Below are positions 11,937-24,066 of a stretch of DNA of 64,000 nucleotides, in pieces. The notes beneath the pieces were generated by a model. The model ran no database searches and was not told the origin of the DNA. It saw nothing but the letters and a program-made list of their open reading frames with translations. Positions within the stretch are counted from its first letter, which is position 1; every line of letters begins with the position of its first letter. The DNA comes from Marsupella aquatica (lineage: Eukaryota; Plantae; Marchantiophyta). Both the position numbers and the translations under genes were made by a program. The stretch spans positions 9,869,525 to 9,933,524 of the forward strand of contig OZ316896.1 of NCBI GenBank assembly GCA_973895155.1. The letters run 5' to 3'.

Positions 11937-13805
11937 TGTAAACGATAAAAATTACACCGGCGATATTATAGTTTTTTTTTAGGTTTAGAAGTGTCAACTA
12001 GAGGTCAACCAAGAGTATTTAGGAAGTAGTAAGCAAGGACCAGTGGTTATTCATTTTGTTGAGATGACAGAAAGGCTGGAAGTAGGGGAGGCGACGATCA
12101 TCTCGATTAACGGTCGTGTAGGAGTCGAGTTCTGCTATGAAGGCTGCGATGGCCTACTAGTAGATGGCAGAGTATGTGCCTTAGGCACAAGAGCTCGATA
12201 GAGAAGGCAAGGGGGGGCGAATATAGGAACCCCCGTTAGCAGGAATCGGTTAGCTCATGAGTGTAAGTCGCTAGGCGAAGGAGTGCCTATGTTCATGTTC
12301 ACTATTCAGATCAAAGAAGGAAGCTGTCGTGTATGGGATGCGGCGGGGCAACAATTGTTCGGAATGAAGGGCGAAGAGTTCCGCCAACGATTCACCACCG
12401 GCGAGGCCATCGAAGAACTCTGTAGAAAGGTCATGCGGAAGAAATGGAATCTACTGCTAAGACGGGAGAACAACCACGATCAGCGGATTACGTGGCGATT
12501 AATCACCGCCGAACAAGTAATCGTGGCCGGCAAACCGAGCAACCCCAAGGAAGATGACAGAAGTCAGGAGGTCAAGGCACATATGGCAAGATTAACAATC
12601 GGAAGTCCGGAAGCTTCCGCATCAGGCGCAACCGAAGGGAATCGAGGAGGCCGTTGCACAGTTCAGTAACCAGGAAGACAGAACTTCTTGACATAGTAAT
12701 CAGCAGTTCTTGGCTTCCACTCATCATTCTGGTAGGCATTAGTTAGCGTTCTTGATGAATGAGCAAAGGAGATCAAAGAGGGGGCACGAGTCGTCCAAAC
12801 TGTAATCGGCGCACCCCAAGAAGTAGTAGAGGCCTCGGGCAAAGACGGACGCGAGGCATAGGTATTTAGAGGCTATGGAGCGCTAGGCGCTCTGTCACTT
12901 TTTGCTAGAAGTCTGGGGCAAGGTAGGGCTCCGCTCACCTTAGGAATGCCAGCAATTTTGTAATAGTGTCCCTACTCAGTTGAGTAGTCTTTGAGTATAA
13001 AGAGAGAGTTTGGAATGAATGCAACAGAGTGAAGTCCGCACTTGAGCAGTGAATGAGAACGTCGAATCAGAGAGAGAGAGAAAGAGAGAAGGAATTTGCC
13101 TTATGCAGCAAGTCGTTACTCGTTAATTGCAACGATGAATGAATATCGTCTCATTGAGAACCAGAACCTTACGGGCCAGCGCCTCAAGGTATAGGTTGAA
13201 CAGACAGCTAGTGAGAAGCGGTGTCTGGTTGGAGATAGTGTGTTTTGAAGGCGATACACTGGTCGTCATACACCTCCATCATACAAGGGTAAACGTGATA
13301 CTGGGGTACTTGCTTAGGGTAACCCTGTCATAGTCACCCACACAATCCGGAAATCAATTGCCAGGCAGGCTGATTCAAAGGACAGCCGGACTTAATCAGG
13401 TCACGGCTACTAAAAACCATGAACGCAGACAGCAGTGACGACAAGTCTTGCTCCTTGATTACCTTAAGATCACTGGAACTGTGGATCTGTTCTATCGGCA
13501 CCCATCTTATTTCCCGTCAGTTACTATATGAGAAGATTCCGATTTGCTTGATCACTTACCGCGAGTGGTGTGGGTTCATTGAGATTGTGTATAGAGAGGG
13601 GTTAGTGTTGGCCGAGGGTGAAGTGCCTAAGAAGTGGAAGACGGAACTCGACATTCAAGAGCACTTGGTCGGATTCACTTATGAGGACTGTGTCGAGATA
13701 GAAGGAGTGCCGCCTCTCGAAGGACGGTTAATCGTTTAAACGAGATTACTGAGGAGAAGGTAGTTAAACGGCCATTAATCGCAAGGTCGAAGTTGGCGTT
13801 TAACA
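11937..13805 (+). repeat. 3' LTR (1,869 bp)
   Basis: Direct repeat of 420-2288, followed by the ATCAG TSD. Confidence 0.97.
12064..12669 (+). pseudogene. Second copy of the LTR-encoded RPA1-C-like ORF (201 codons), with one TAG at 12199
   Basis: ATG at 12064 to TAA at 12669 in one frame; the 5' LTR has CAG where this copy has TAG. Confidence 0.6.
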
Positions 13806-13810
13806 ATCAG

Positions 13811-16104
13811 CATCATCAATTGTATCATAATCTTTGACATCTTCTTCACCAAGAGCCGCACGTGTTGCATCGTACTCTTCATTGCCGCACAACTCCATGG
13901 AGACAGGTCTAGGTCCATCATTTGTTCTTCTTCTTTGGTCATACCATTCATATATAAACGTATGCGGGTTTCGAACATTTGTTAGTCCTTTGTCTACCCT
14001 CATGTTTGTAAATACAAACACCAAATCTTTTGCTCGATCATTTGTCAATCAATTGCGACTTTTGGAATGTATAAATCCATACGAACTCCAGTTTTGCTCG
14101 CAAGCTGATGCGCACACTTTTTGGTGTAAGATTCTTCGCGTCAGGATTCTCAAATGTTTATAATCTGCACCATATGCATGCCACCACTCTGCTGGACTGA
14201 CGTTACCTATACTTGATTGGGCGGCTCCCATCGCTACTGATGTATTGGGATTTTTTTTTGGGGCATCAATGGCTTGACTGTGGATGGCAGAAATAAGTTC
14301 TCTGACATTGCGATCATGGTTGATCCCCTCCTTTACCTATTGTTCTGAATATCTAGCAATGTATTCACTGAAACCCCTATAGAGTTCTGGATCTCCAGCA
14401 ACATCTATGTCCTCATCAAAAAACATTTGGGGATTTAGATATGCTGCCGCTAGCATAAAATCAGTGGTAAGAGATTTTTCGATCCAAATACACTTTTAGT
14501 ATCTTTGGTTTCAATACCTCTGTTACCACTGGACAATCCTCCATGCTTGTTTTCAAAACATCCATCCCTCTTTTCAAACTCCAATACAACCAACCTGATT
14601 GTGGAGAATCACCATCAAAGTCTCGCAACATCCTCACCAACGGAGTAAAGAATTTAACTGTATCCTTCACTTCAACCCAAAATGTATCTTGCTGTATCCA
14701 CATTTTAAGTTCGTCTGCCTTTCCCCTTGTCATGTGTCCAACTGATTTTGGTCGCAATGGAAGTCTATCACGATAAGACTGCCAATTATCATCAATGACC
14801 ATCTGTTGTAAAGCTCCTCTTAGCTCCAATGCTCTTTGTGCCATTAGGAAATTGGTCGCAAATCTAGTTGCATTTGGATTCAACAGTTTTTTGTCAGGAG
14901 ATTTTCTTGCAAATATTGCAGAAAGCTTTTGCGATGATGAAACTGCTTTTACTATCCACCTCAAGCGTTTAAAAATCTTTTGGAATGGATTCTGTCCAGC
15001 ATCATCTAGCACTACACGCTTGTGACCACACATATCCTCTAGAAGCAAATTAAACACGTGGGCAGCACACCAGCTTCAAGTGACATGAGGATACTTTTTC
15101 ATGACTACCTCACAACCTGCTACGCGATTTGCGGGTGCTCCATCAGTTACGATTTGAATAATATGATCTGCACCAATATCCTCAATGTATTTCGACCACA
15201 TCTCGCCAAGATATTTCCCATCTTTCTTGTCAGCTTGCGCAGCATTCCAACTATCCAAGAAGAAGTCACCTTTAGAAGTCAACAACATGACATTCATCAA
15301 AGGTTCTCTTCAGACGTTTTCCCATCCATTTGAAGAAAGAGAATACCCATAAGGTTTTGCCTCCTTTAAAGTTTGCGTCATGTCCTTTGTGAGATCCTCC
15401 TTATTGTCTTCCAATAATTTCAATCGCAAACTTCGCATCGTAGGTAGAGAGTAACCATTGACAATCCGTTTTGAAGTCTCTTTGACTGCTTCTCAAAAAA
15501 AATGATTATTTGAAACATTGAATGGAATACCACTGGTGTAGAAAGCTTTCGCCCAAAGCTTATCCAAATTTGTTCTATTTGGAATTTGATAGGCATCCAT
15601 AATTGGGTTAGGAAGATTTACTGACCTATCTCCTTCCCTCACATGTGTATCATCCATGTCAACATAGTTTGACCCTCGTGTGGATGCTTGCGAATATGAA
15701 CTTCCAATGCTTGGCCTACGGCCTCTCACATCCCGCAAGATATGAGTTCCATCCCTTCGTTTGTACTTTAAGGTCAGTGGAACCTTTATCACATTGTACA
15801 TTATGTTGATGGCATCCAAATCGACAACACCATAGAGTTGCATGCAAGGGGGCGCATCCCCTTTTTGGATGTTTCCCATCAAATGCGCCTTTGCTCGTGT
15901 TGCATGATGAGTAAAGTATGTTAAACAATACTTGCATCTTCGATAGATACGATTGACATCATGACATGTTGAAGGCGCATCACATTGTTCAAAATATCTC
16001 CACACTGCAGATTGTTTTGAAGGGTGTTCTTGCACACGAGTTGGACCAGGCCTGGGAGTAGTGGAATGATATCCAGTTTCATGCGAATCCTCTTCATCGG
16101 ACAT
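13811..16104 (-). pseudogene. hAT transposase (BED zinc finger, DUF659-type core, hAT dimerisation domain), multiply disrupted
   Basis: VWRYF..CKYC..AHL BED finger; IVTDGA; NATRFATNF; WWHAYG..SACEQNWSSYGFIHSKSRNxL..DLVFVFTN; catalytic DGW reads NGW; several stops and frameshifts. Confidence 0.93.
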
Positions 16105-16677
16105 TGTTACGACTCTCAATGGTAAAAAAATAAAAGGGTTGATTCTTTTGATTTTGTGGATATAACAAATATAGTACAATGGGTTACTTTGCTGAATTAT
16201 CGCAGATTGGGCCTAAGCTCAAAGCATGCGTAGGAAAGTTTCCCAAATTCTTATATTTGTCAAGATCCCTACTTCAACCTATGTTATGTAATATCTATAA
16301 CTTCACAGTCGTTTATCTTTCAAGTGAACATATGTACGAGAAATCGTGATACCCATATGAAATATCATAGACCAAGCCAAAGCTCTAAGCATATGCACAT
16401 GGGTATCTCTTTACTTGCAAGTAGTTCACTTTCAAACAAAGCAATGATGCAAAGTTGTTAAGGCGATATAAGGAACTTCTCGTACGAATTATCGCAGACC
16501 GAGCCAAGCTCAAAGCATGCGCGTACAAGAGTTCCAATGTATCCCTCCGATCTCTCCCTAATGCTAAACCACAAGAGAGAGAAACACAATGAGACTTTGG
16601 ATTAGTGAAATAGATTAGTGACTCCTACTTATACTAAACTATCTACTTCCTACCTCCTAAAGTTCTTAATCTTCTCT

Positions 16678-17298
16678 CCTAACCCTAATCGCGCCTCCCC
16701 TAACCCTAATCTCTCCCCCCTAACCCTAATCCTGCCCCTAACTCTTCCCCGGCTGCCAATTCCCGAGCCCCGTCCCCGAACCCCGCATCCCGTTCTCCGA
16801 ACCCCCTACCCGAACCCCCTACCCCATTCCCCGAACCCCGTTCCCCGCATCCCCAAACACCCTACCCGAACCCCCTTCCCCGAAACCCTTACCCCGTTCC
16901 CCGAACCCCGTTCCCCGCATCCCCGAACCCCCTACCCGAACCCCGTTCCCCGAACCCCCTACCCCGTTCCCCGCATCCCCGAACCCCGCCCCCCTTCAAC
17001 CCGTAACCTCTTCCCCGAACCCCGCCCCCTCTTCCCCTCTTCCCCGAATCCCGCCCCCCGAAGCCCGCCCCCCGTCCCCGCTTCCCCGAATCCCGTCCCC
17101 CGGTCCCCCCTTACCCCGGCCGGCCCCTTGTCCCCGGCTACCGGGAAGGGTCCGGGCAGGGTCCGGGGAGGGTTCGGGGGGGAGGGTCCGGGAAGGGCCC
17201 GGGAGTCCGGGTTCGGGTCAGGGGGAGTTCGGGTTCGGGTCCGGGGTGTTCGGGAGGAGTTTGCGAAAGGTCCGGGGAAGTCGGGGTTCGTTCGGGAG
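16678..17298. repeat. Subterminal repeat array of the hAT element: CCCCGAACCC-type units followed by their reverse complements, preceded by AACCCTAA motifs
   Basis: C-rich units ~16760-17130 and G-rich GGGTTCGGG units ~17140-17298, upstream of the transposase start. Confidence 0.7.
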
Positions 17299-18007
17299 AA
17301 TCTTCACGAATATGCGTCAAATTGAGTGTTTTCGGGCCGTCATTTGAGGATTTGACGTGCCCGGCAAGGCGTCAAGGTGCCCGTCAGATTAAACCGGGTT
17401 CAATGCAGAGTTGAGACATGATGACAGCTCTGTCATCATTTCTCAGCTCCCCGTGGATTTAGGGCATCCCCGGGTAATGGCATCCCCGGGTAATGTCGAG
17501 ATAAAGCTTGGGATCAATCAATGGCAAGAAGAGTATTTGTGACAGAATGCTCTGTCCTCTCTCTCTGATCGCTTGCTATCTTTTCCTTAGATTTTTAGTT
17601 GACAGTCGACTTATGTAAGTCTGTCCACTCACCACGTGTAGTTGCCTTAAGAGTTCTGTGTTTTTCCGTTTAGCAGCTTCTTTTGAATTCTAAATGTCTC
17701 GTTAGACTGTGGTGATGAGGGGATTTACGTTAAATCTTTCCCTTCCCACGAAGTTTTGTATGAAGAACATCCTTGTGCTTTTCTTCACGTCTCTTGTCTA
17801 CGAGAATACAAATTTCCTCAATTAAAGGAGACAAAATGATGTCGATCTGTACGGAGTTCCTGCTCAATCAATTGATTTGTGTAAATTTTTGTTTTCCTTT
17901 GTTCGCTCCATTGGGATGGATCACAAGTTATGGGCCGTGTACCATTGCTTGTTTTTAAGCTCGCACATCTTCACATTCTAGTTTACTATTTTTTATTCCC
18001 CTGAAGT

Positions 18008-18230
18008 GTGACCACATGGCATCGCCGTTCCGTCATTCTAGCCGGGAATTCCAATTATGAGACATGGCAAACTCTTGTTCCAGCAAGCCTTGCATCGACT
18101 GGCGGTTGGAAGTTCGTGGATGGCACTGCAGTTCCACCTATACGGGAAGCTGACGAAGAGGCATACCAGTTTCAGGCTCGGCTTGAATCGTAATCCAATT
18201 GGCACTCCAAGCGCACGCGTACAAGTGACG
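18008..18230 (+). pseudogene. Relic of a Ty1/copia gag N-terminus related to the element at 36312
   Basis: NYETWQTLVPASLASTGGWKFVDGTAVPPIREADEEAYQFQARLES aligns with NYDSWKMLVSAGLQSSGSWKFIDGTATPPVKETDEKDYHFTARLEA. Confidence 0.8.
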
Positions 18231-18354
18231 TAAATGATTACTTTGCCAGCGGGACTCTTCACTATTCTCCGAAGTTGATGACATCATTGGACGATCTTGG
18301 CTTTCATGTCAGCTACAGTTTTGGCAAAACGAGAGTCAGGTGGAGAAGTATTTC

Positions 18355-18900
18355 CACGCAAAGCTAGTGGGATCAATGTCAAATCAATGAGAAATCAACC
18401 CGTACGAATCAGATAGAGGAATTCAATTACGGGTAAAGCTTGTGAGATCAAAATTTTATCCACTAGAAGTCAACGAATTGAAGGGTAGAGCTTTTGGAAT
18501 CTACATTCAACGTATATTGAAGCGGTAAAGCTAGACGTGGGATATATGTACCCATGAACAATCGACCTGTCCGACAGTCCGAATGATAAAAGGGAATCCA
18601 AGGATTAAACCTGGCGGAATCAATGCTTCCATGACAAATCGACATACGTGTGCGAATGACAAAATAGAATTGAAGGGGTAAGTCCAATGAATCCAATCAT
18701 GAGAAATTCTGTCTGAGAGAGAAAAGGGAATTCAAAGGGTAAAGCTGGTGGGATCAAAAGTCTATCCATGACAATCGACCTGTCCGACTGGGATTCAAAG
18801 GGAATTGAAGGAATACTAAAGTAGAACGTGGGATTGATCATTGTATCCATGAACAATTGACTGTTCGACTGGGACAACAGAATCAAAGATCCAGTGATGT
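18355..18900. repeat. Degenerate tandem array
   Basis: Recurring GGGTAAAGCT..GGATCAA..TCCATGA(A)CAATCGAC(CTGTCCGAC) blocks. Confidence 0.5.
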
Positions 18901-19562
18901 GGAGTAATAGTAGCTTCACCTCTAGATCCCAACACAATTGTCGTTTATCCCCTGGCCACCTTTTCAATGTTCTGCTTAGAATGGCATCTGTACCATTTAC
19001 AGAGGCGCGTCTCCACTTCCTTTTCACTAAGCCCTTTTACTGAGTTGTTCCCCATGAAAGACGGCAATAAATATTGATGTGCTTCAATTCTCACATCTAC
19101 GTGTACTTTTTAATGAAACTGTTACCCAAGTTCTTTCTTTCAAGTTCTCAACTCACGACAATTCATTTACTCCAGAGCAATCGGTTCAATCTATACCTTG
19201 TTTTTATTAGCCGTTCACGTTTCTTCTCAGCTCGTCATCTTTTCTCTTTTTGATATATTTCTCTGACTTTGACATTTTAGTATCTCATCTACATCTTTTC
19301 TTCATCTCATTTTTTGCACTCAACAACAGCTTTTGTGCAACCCACAGGTATTCTTTCATCTTGAAATTTTATTATCTCATCTACTCCATCTTGACATTTT
19401 TTGCACCTTAACATCTTGGTATTCTTTCGTCTTGACATTTTATTATCTCATCGACTTCAACTTGACATTTTTGGCACCTCAACATCTTTTGTGCAAACCC
19501 TCAGGTATGGTCGACTAGCTTGATCATGGTACAACTGTTCATGGTACAACCTGCTAGAGCAA

Positions 19563-19709
19563 AACCAGATTTCAAGGCTTTATTTAGAGTTGACACTTTA
19601 TGGCCCATCAATGCAATGCGTGCTCGACGATCAGAACATCAGAACCAGATTTCAAGGCATTATTTAGAGTTGGCACTTTATGGCCCATCAATGCAATGCG
19701 TGCTCGACG
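19563..19709. repeat. Tandem duplication (two ~67-bp copies, period ~80 bp)
   Basis: AACCAGATTTCAAGGC.TTATTTAGAGTTG.CACTTTATGGCCCATCAATGCAATGCGTGCTCGACG occurs twice. Confidence 0.85.
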
Positions 19710-20659
19710 TGTGAAAGCTGCATCGCAGCGCGCCTCAAGCTCTCAACGAGTCAAAGAATAATTCAGAAGCACTCCAGTTGGACGTGGCAATGCGCGGTGA
19801 AGTTGAAACACTCATGTCCTGACTACCGGTCAGTTGTTATCTTTGCGTTCAATATAAAGGAGAGCGAGTCAGCGAGCAATCAGTACTGTTTAAACTCATG
19901 TCGCGGACCAAAATCTGGATTGGTACAGCTGTAATGTAATGATCTAGATGATGAGATGATGAGATGATGAGACTGTGCGGGAGACTGGCGATTTTGGGAC
20001 GACATTCGAGGCTTGGGCGTGTGGTCGGCTTTCCGCTCAGCATCGGGTAGGTCCATTCTGCTCCAAGGAGTGACTATCTATTCATAGCGAGAACTATGAA
20101 TTGCACCTCGCTATGATGTACGTCTGTGTTCATTGCTTTGTGACTTTGGTTCCATTTCCTGATTTGCACAAGGGAGACATAGTCACGTACCTTCGCTCCA
20201 GCTCCCACTCGATCCTGTCGCGTGGAAGCACAGCAAGATGTGTCTACGGAACAAAGGGGATCTCGACGCTAGCTCAAGAAGCTCGGGCTGCCCTTGATCG
20301 AGCTTCAGATAATATGCTAGCTGAACACGTTCCAACTGAATGCAATATGGTTGCCCAATCGATTTCAGAGCAATTGCTAGTTGTGAAGTATGGAAATTAT
20401 TTGGCAGTTTGATTTGCTTGTTGCCGAACTATAACACAGTCAAAGAGATTCTAAGCATGCATATATGTACCTGTACGACTTCAGCCGACGTGAACGTATA
20501 ATGCCAGGCAGAATGAGATCCAGGAATTAGATTGTTCTGATTGATTAAGGTCTTTTCCGGATCAGTTTTACTGATAGGCGTTGGCTTGTTGCCCTAACTC
20601 CTGGCTTTGCATGTTTTATTGACTGTTGCAGGCGATTTTCCTGGCCACCGGCTACGAAG

Positions 20660-23600
20660 ATGAGACCACTGGTCTTTCTGGGGCTTGTGGGTCCCTTGCT
20701 GTTTTGCCCAGGAGTGTGGACTCAGCCTAGTGGGGGTGGGGGTAAATTTGCGACCAGTTTGTGTGATGAGCTAATCAGGCCTAACGGCTACAGCTGCGTT
20801 GAACATCGAGTAAGTAGCTTGGACCCTCTCATGAAATCGAACATGACAAGGCTCTTGATGTGTTGATTACGGAGCAAATAACTTCACGTGCAATCCGGTA
20901 GACATTGCGGAATTAACTTCCTCGGACGAAACATCTCTCTTCCATTAGTTCGACAGTACTTTATGTCGACCTTAGAGACCTCGCACTGGACCGCCGTGTC
21001 CGACTATCGAAATCATCGATCGGTACCAAATTGCGTCAGGAAATAATTTGATTCTAATGTAACGGATAATTCGCTCGAAAGCCCGCCCTACAGTGAATCA
21101 TACGTTAAGCTTGCTCCACTTTTTTCTTTGCAGGCAGTGACCGACGACGGGTTTATCTTGGGCCTTCAGAACATTCCCGCTCCCCAAGGACAGACGCAGC
21201 CATCTGGTGGCCCTCCTGTACTTCTGATGCACGGACTCATTGCTGTACGTTAGTGTATGAAGATTCGCTCTCTAACTTTAACAATTTGTTGTGGTACAGT
21301 TGTTAGACCGGAGATTCCTTGCGATATAGATTGTGTCGGATTGCTGCATTCCCAAAAATTTAGCACGCGGATCTACTCATCTAGGAATTGCATTCTGGGA
21401 ATTCTCTAGAGATCTTTTGCCTGAAGATGGTCAGGACGACTACCTTAGTCCTACCCAGGGCCGTAAGCAATTGAGCTACCATTAATTAGGGAACCGTTTT
21501 TGTGTCTTGAATCGATGTTTATCTAGGCTGGGGACAACTTCGTCGCCAACCCACCCCAGGAATCTTTGGCATTCGTCTTAGCTGACGCTGGCTTCGATGT
21601 CTGGATTTTAAACAACAGAGCTGTGCAGTGGAGCCATGGGCATCAGAACCTCTCTCCATCTGACGACGTAAGTGAGAAGAGAAACGTCTGATGAATGCCA
21701 ACTTCTCATCTGATGCATGATCGTTCTTGTTCTAAATTTTTGCATCAAACTACTTCTGCGATTTTCTCGATCGTTCACTCCTTACGTGACCGAAGAAATG
21801 AGAGAACGGAAACTATTCGAAATGATGACATGAGATGATTTATTGCTTTGAACAGAGGTATTGGAACTGGACTTATGACGAATTGGCATCTTACGACCTG
21901 AAAGCGATGACCGAGTATGTCTACAACCAAAGAAACGGGAGAAAGTTGAATTATATCGGCCACTCTCAGGTACAAATCTTCATTTCCAAGCTGACTATGC
22001 TCGTTAATATATCAACTTATGGTCTTATAGGGCTTCAACGAATGACAGAAAACCTGTTCAACTTGGTGGTCAACTGCTCGTTCAACTGATGAGAATTTTC
22101 TTCAATGTTTTAAATTCATTAACTTTCCAATGCACAAAGTTTCCAAACCGTCAAGAAAAGAACAAAACAATGATGCCCAACTGTTACTTTGAAATAGTTG
22201 CAATGGCAAATTAGAAGTTTTCGACAAGCTAGCCCCTAGAGAAGATTTTCACTCGCTCTACATTCGCAAATAATCGGCTACAAACTTGACTTCTTAAGCT
22301 GGAAGTAGCTGGTTAGGACCTCCGTAATTCGTATCTCCGGGCAAACGTGTTGATAATTAAGTGTGGCAAATAAGATCAGGGAACCTTGTTACTTTTTGCT
22401 GGTCTTACTGGAGGCAAATTCAAGACCGATATTCTGGGACATTTGAATACAGCCGTGCTGCTGGCTCCAGTCGCATATATCTCCCACCTTACGGCCCCAA
22501 TTATCAAAGTAGGACTCACGATCTACAGTGATAAGGTGCCACTCTCAAACTCCCCCTCACCGGCTAATAAAATCCCTGAGACTGTACAAAGGTTTCAATA
22601 ATTGGTCAAAAACCTTCTAGTAGAATACACGTTTTCCTCATTTCCTCTTGTCCTCTGCTAGTTTGATGATTTATTTCTCGAGTTATTAGCTGTCTTTGTT
22701 TTGTGATTTTGAAGACTGCCAAAAATTAAAAACCTCAACGCTCAACCTTGTCACGGGTTTGCGAATTCGTGACCCTGTTCTCGATTTCAAGTGACGAATC
22801 AAGTATGATTTGATTTGTTTGGCGTGTTGTAGATTTTCCCTGTTATCGGCAATGGAGAATTTAATGCTAACATGTAAGTGATTTAAGGATATCAGAGAAA
22901 AATCATTGTCAGGTTCCAGTTTCTATAGATTTCAGTATCTGATGTACTATTCTAAACACGCTCAAGTTTCTAAGATATCCTCAGCGTAGGGAGATTACAA
23001 ATTGTATAACTTTTTCGTATCGGGTCTACGAACCTGTTTCCTAATAAATCATAATCGTCATTGTTTTGCAGCTTTTTTAATATAACCTGCACAAGTCCGT
23101 TGATAACGGCTCTGGCCTGCAGTGATCTCTATCATGGCGTTCTAGGTAACTGTCATTGTTGCTCGTTCAGGCCTTGATAACTAGGCATACTGCGTGAGGT
23201 TACTTAAAGTGGATCCTCTCTTATTGGAGATTTCGTGATGAGTATCCTGTCCTTTGGTTTGATTAGATCAACGATTCCTTGTCTGAGACGTGGTACTGAG
23301 ATTTGTAGGTCAAAAGAACTATCTCAATCAATCCCGTCTTGGGTTCTACAGCCAATACTACCCACAAGCAACTTCATCATTCAACGTCAACCATTTCGGC
23401 CAAAGTGAGTCGTTTGCTATTGTAAACCATCGCTTCTGGACAGATTAACTAAGATTTCAGATTGGGAAATCAATGGTTATACACTAGAAAGTAGTTGACT
23501 TAATATACAGTTGTAGACATTTGAATTGCAAGTGCTAAGCAAATGATCACATTTTGAACGCTTGTTATCATGCTTTGAGAGCTGGTCGAACGTAAGGGAA

Positions 23601-24066
23601 ACAGGGGACAATCGGAATTGTAAGTTCTGAGAAAGAGAGACAGGGAGGGGGAGAGTGCATTTTTCTCTTCTCTGCTTTTTCCAATATTCTAACGAGATTG
23701 TGAGCCACCAATTGAGAAAAACAGTGTGAGGATCCGATCATAATTCTGATTTCTGGAACTATGTGATGTCTTGTAGGTTTCAGAACGCAGACTTTCCAAT
23801 TCTACTCCAGAAGTCCCCTTGACGACCCTCCCAAATATGATTTGACAACTTTTCCTACTAGCCTTCCCCTTCAATTGTGGACTGGTGGCGTTGACGGATT
23901 GGCTGACCCCACTGATGTGAATGCACTCTTGGCAAAGCTGCCAAGCTCCAATAGAGAAGTCAACACTCTACCAGATTATGGCCATGTAGATTTCACCTAT
24001 GGCTTGAGAGCTTATATAGACGTTTATCCCGGCATCATCATTTTCCTGCGAAATTATACATCGTAA
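20660..24066 (+). CDS. Secreted triacylglycerol/lysosomal acid lipase family protein (alpha/beta hydrolase), ~390 aa, 9 exons: 20660-20809, 21134-21244, 21527-21667, 21856-21969, 22380-22535, 22833-22873, 23072-23145, 23309-23404, 23777-24066
   Basis: Phase-consistent GT-AG exons; signal peptide; TDDGFIL, LMHGL, LADAGFDVW, GHSQ|G nucleophile, DGLADP Asp, YGHVDF His. Confidence 0.93.

Larger units (their letters stand above)
420..13805 (+). mobile_element. Full-length Ty3/gypsy LTR retrotransposon, non-chromovirus (Phygy/Athila/Tat-like), disabled by nonsense mutations
   Basis: Paired TG...CA LTRs, 5-bp TSD ATCAG (415-419 and 13806-13810), PBS, PPT, and gag-PR-RT-RH-IN order with no chromodomain. 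Confidence 0.97.

Noticed and set aside
16618-17325. 235-aa proline-rich (extensin-like) ORF
   Set aside because: It has no ATG start and is a by-product of the C-rich subterminal repeat array.
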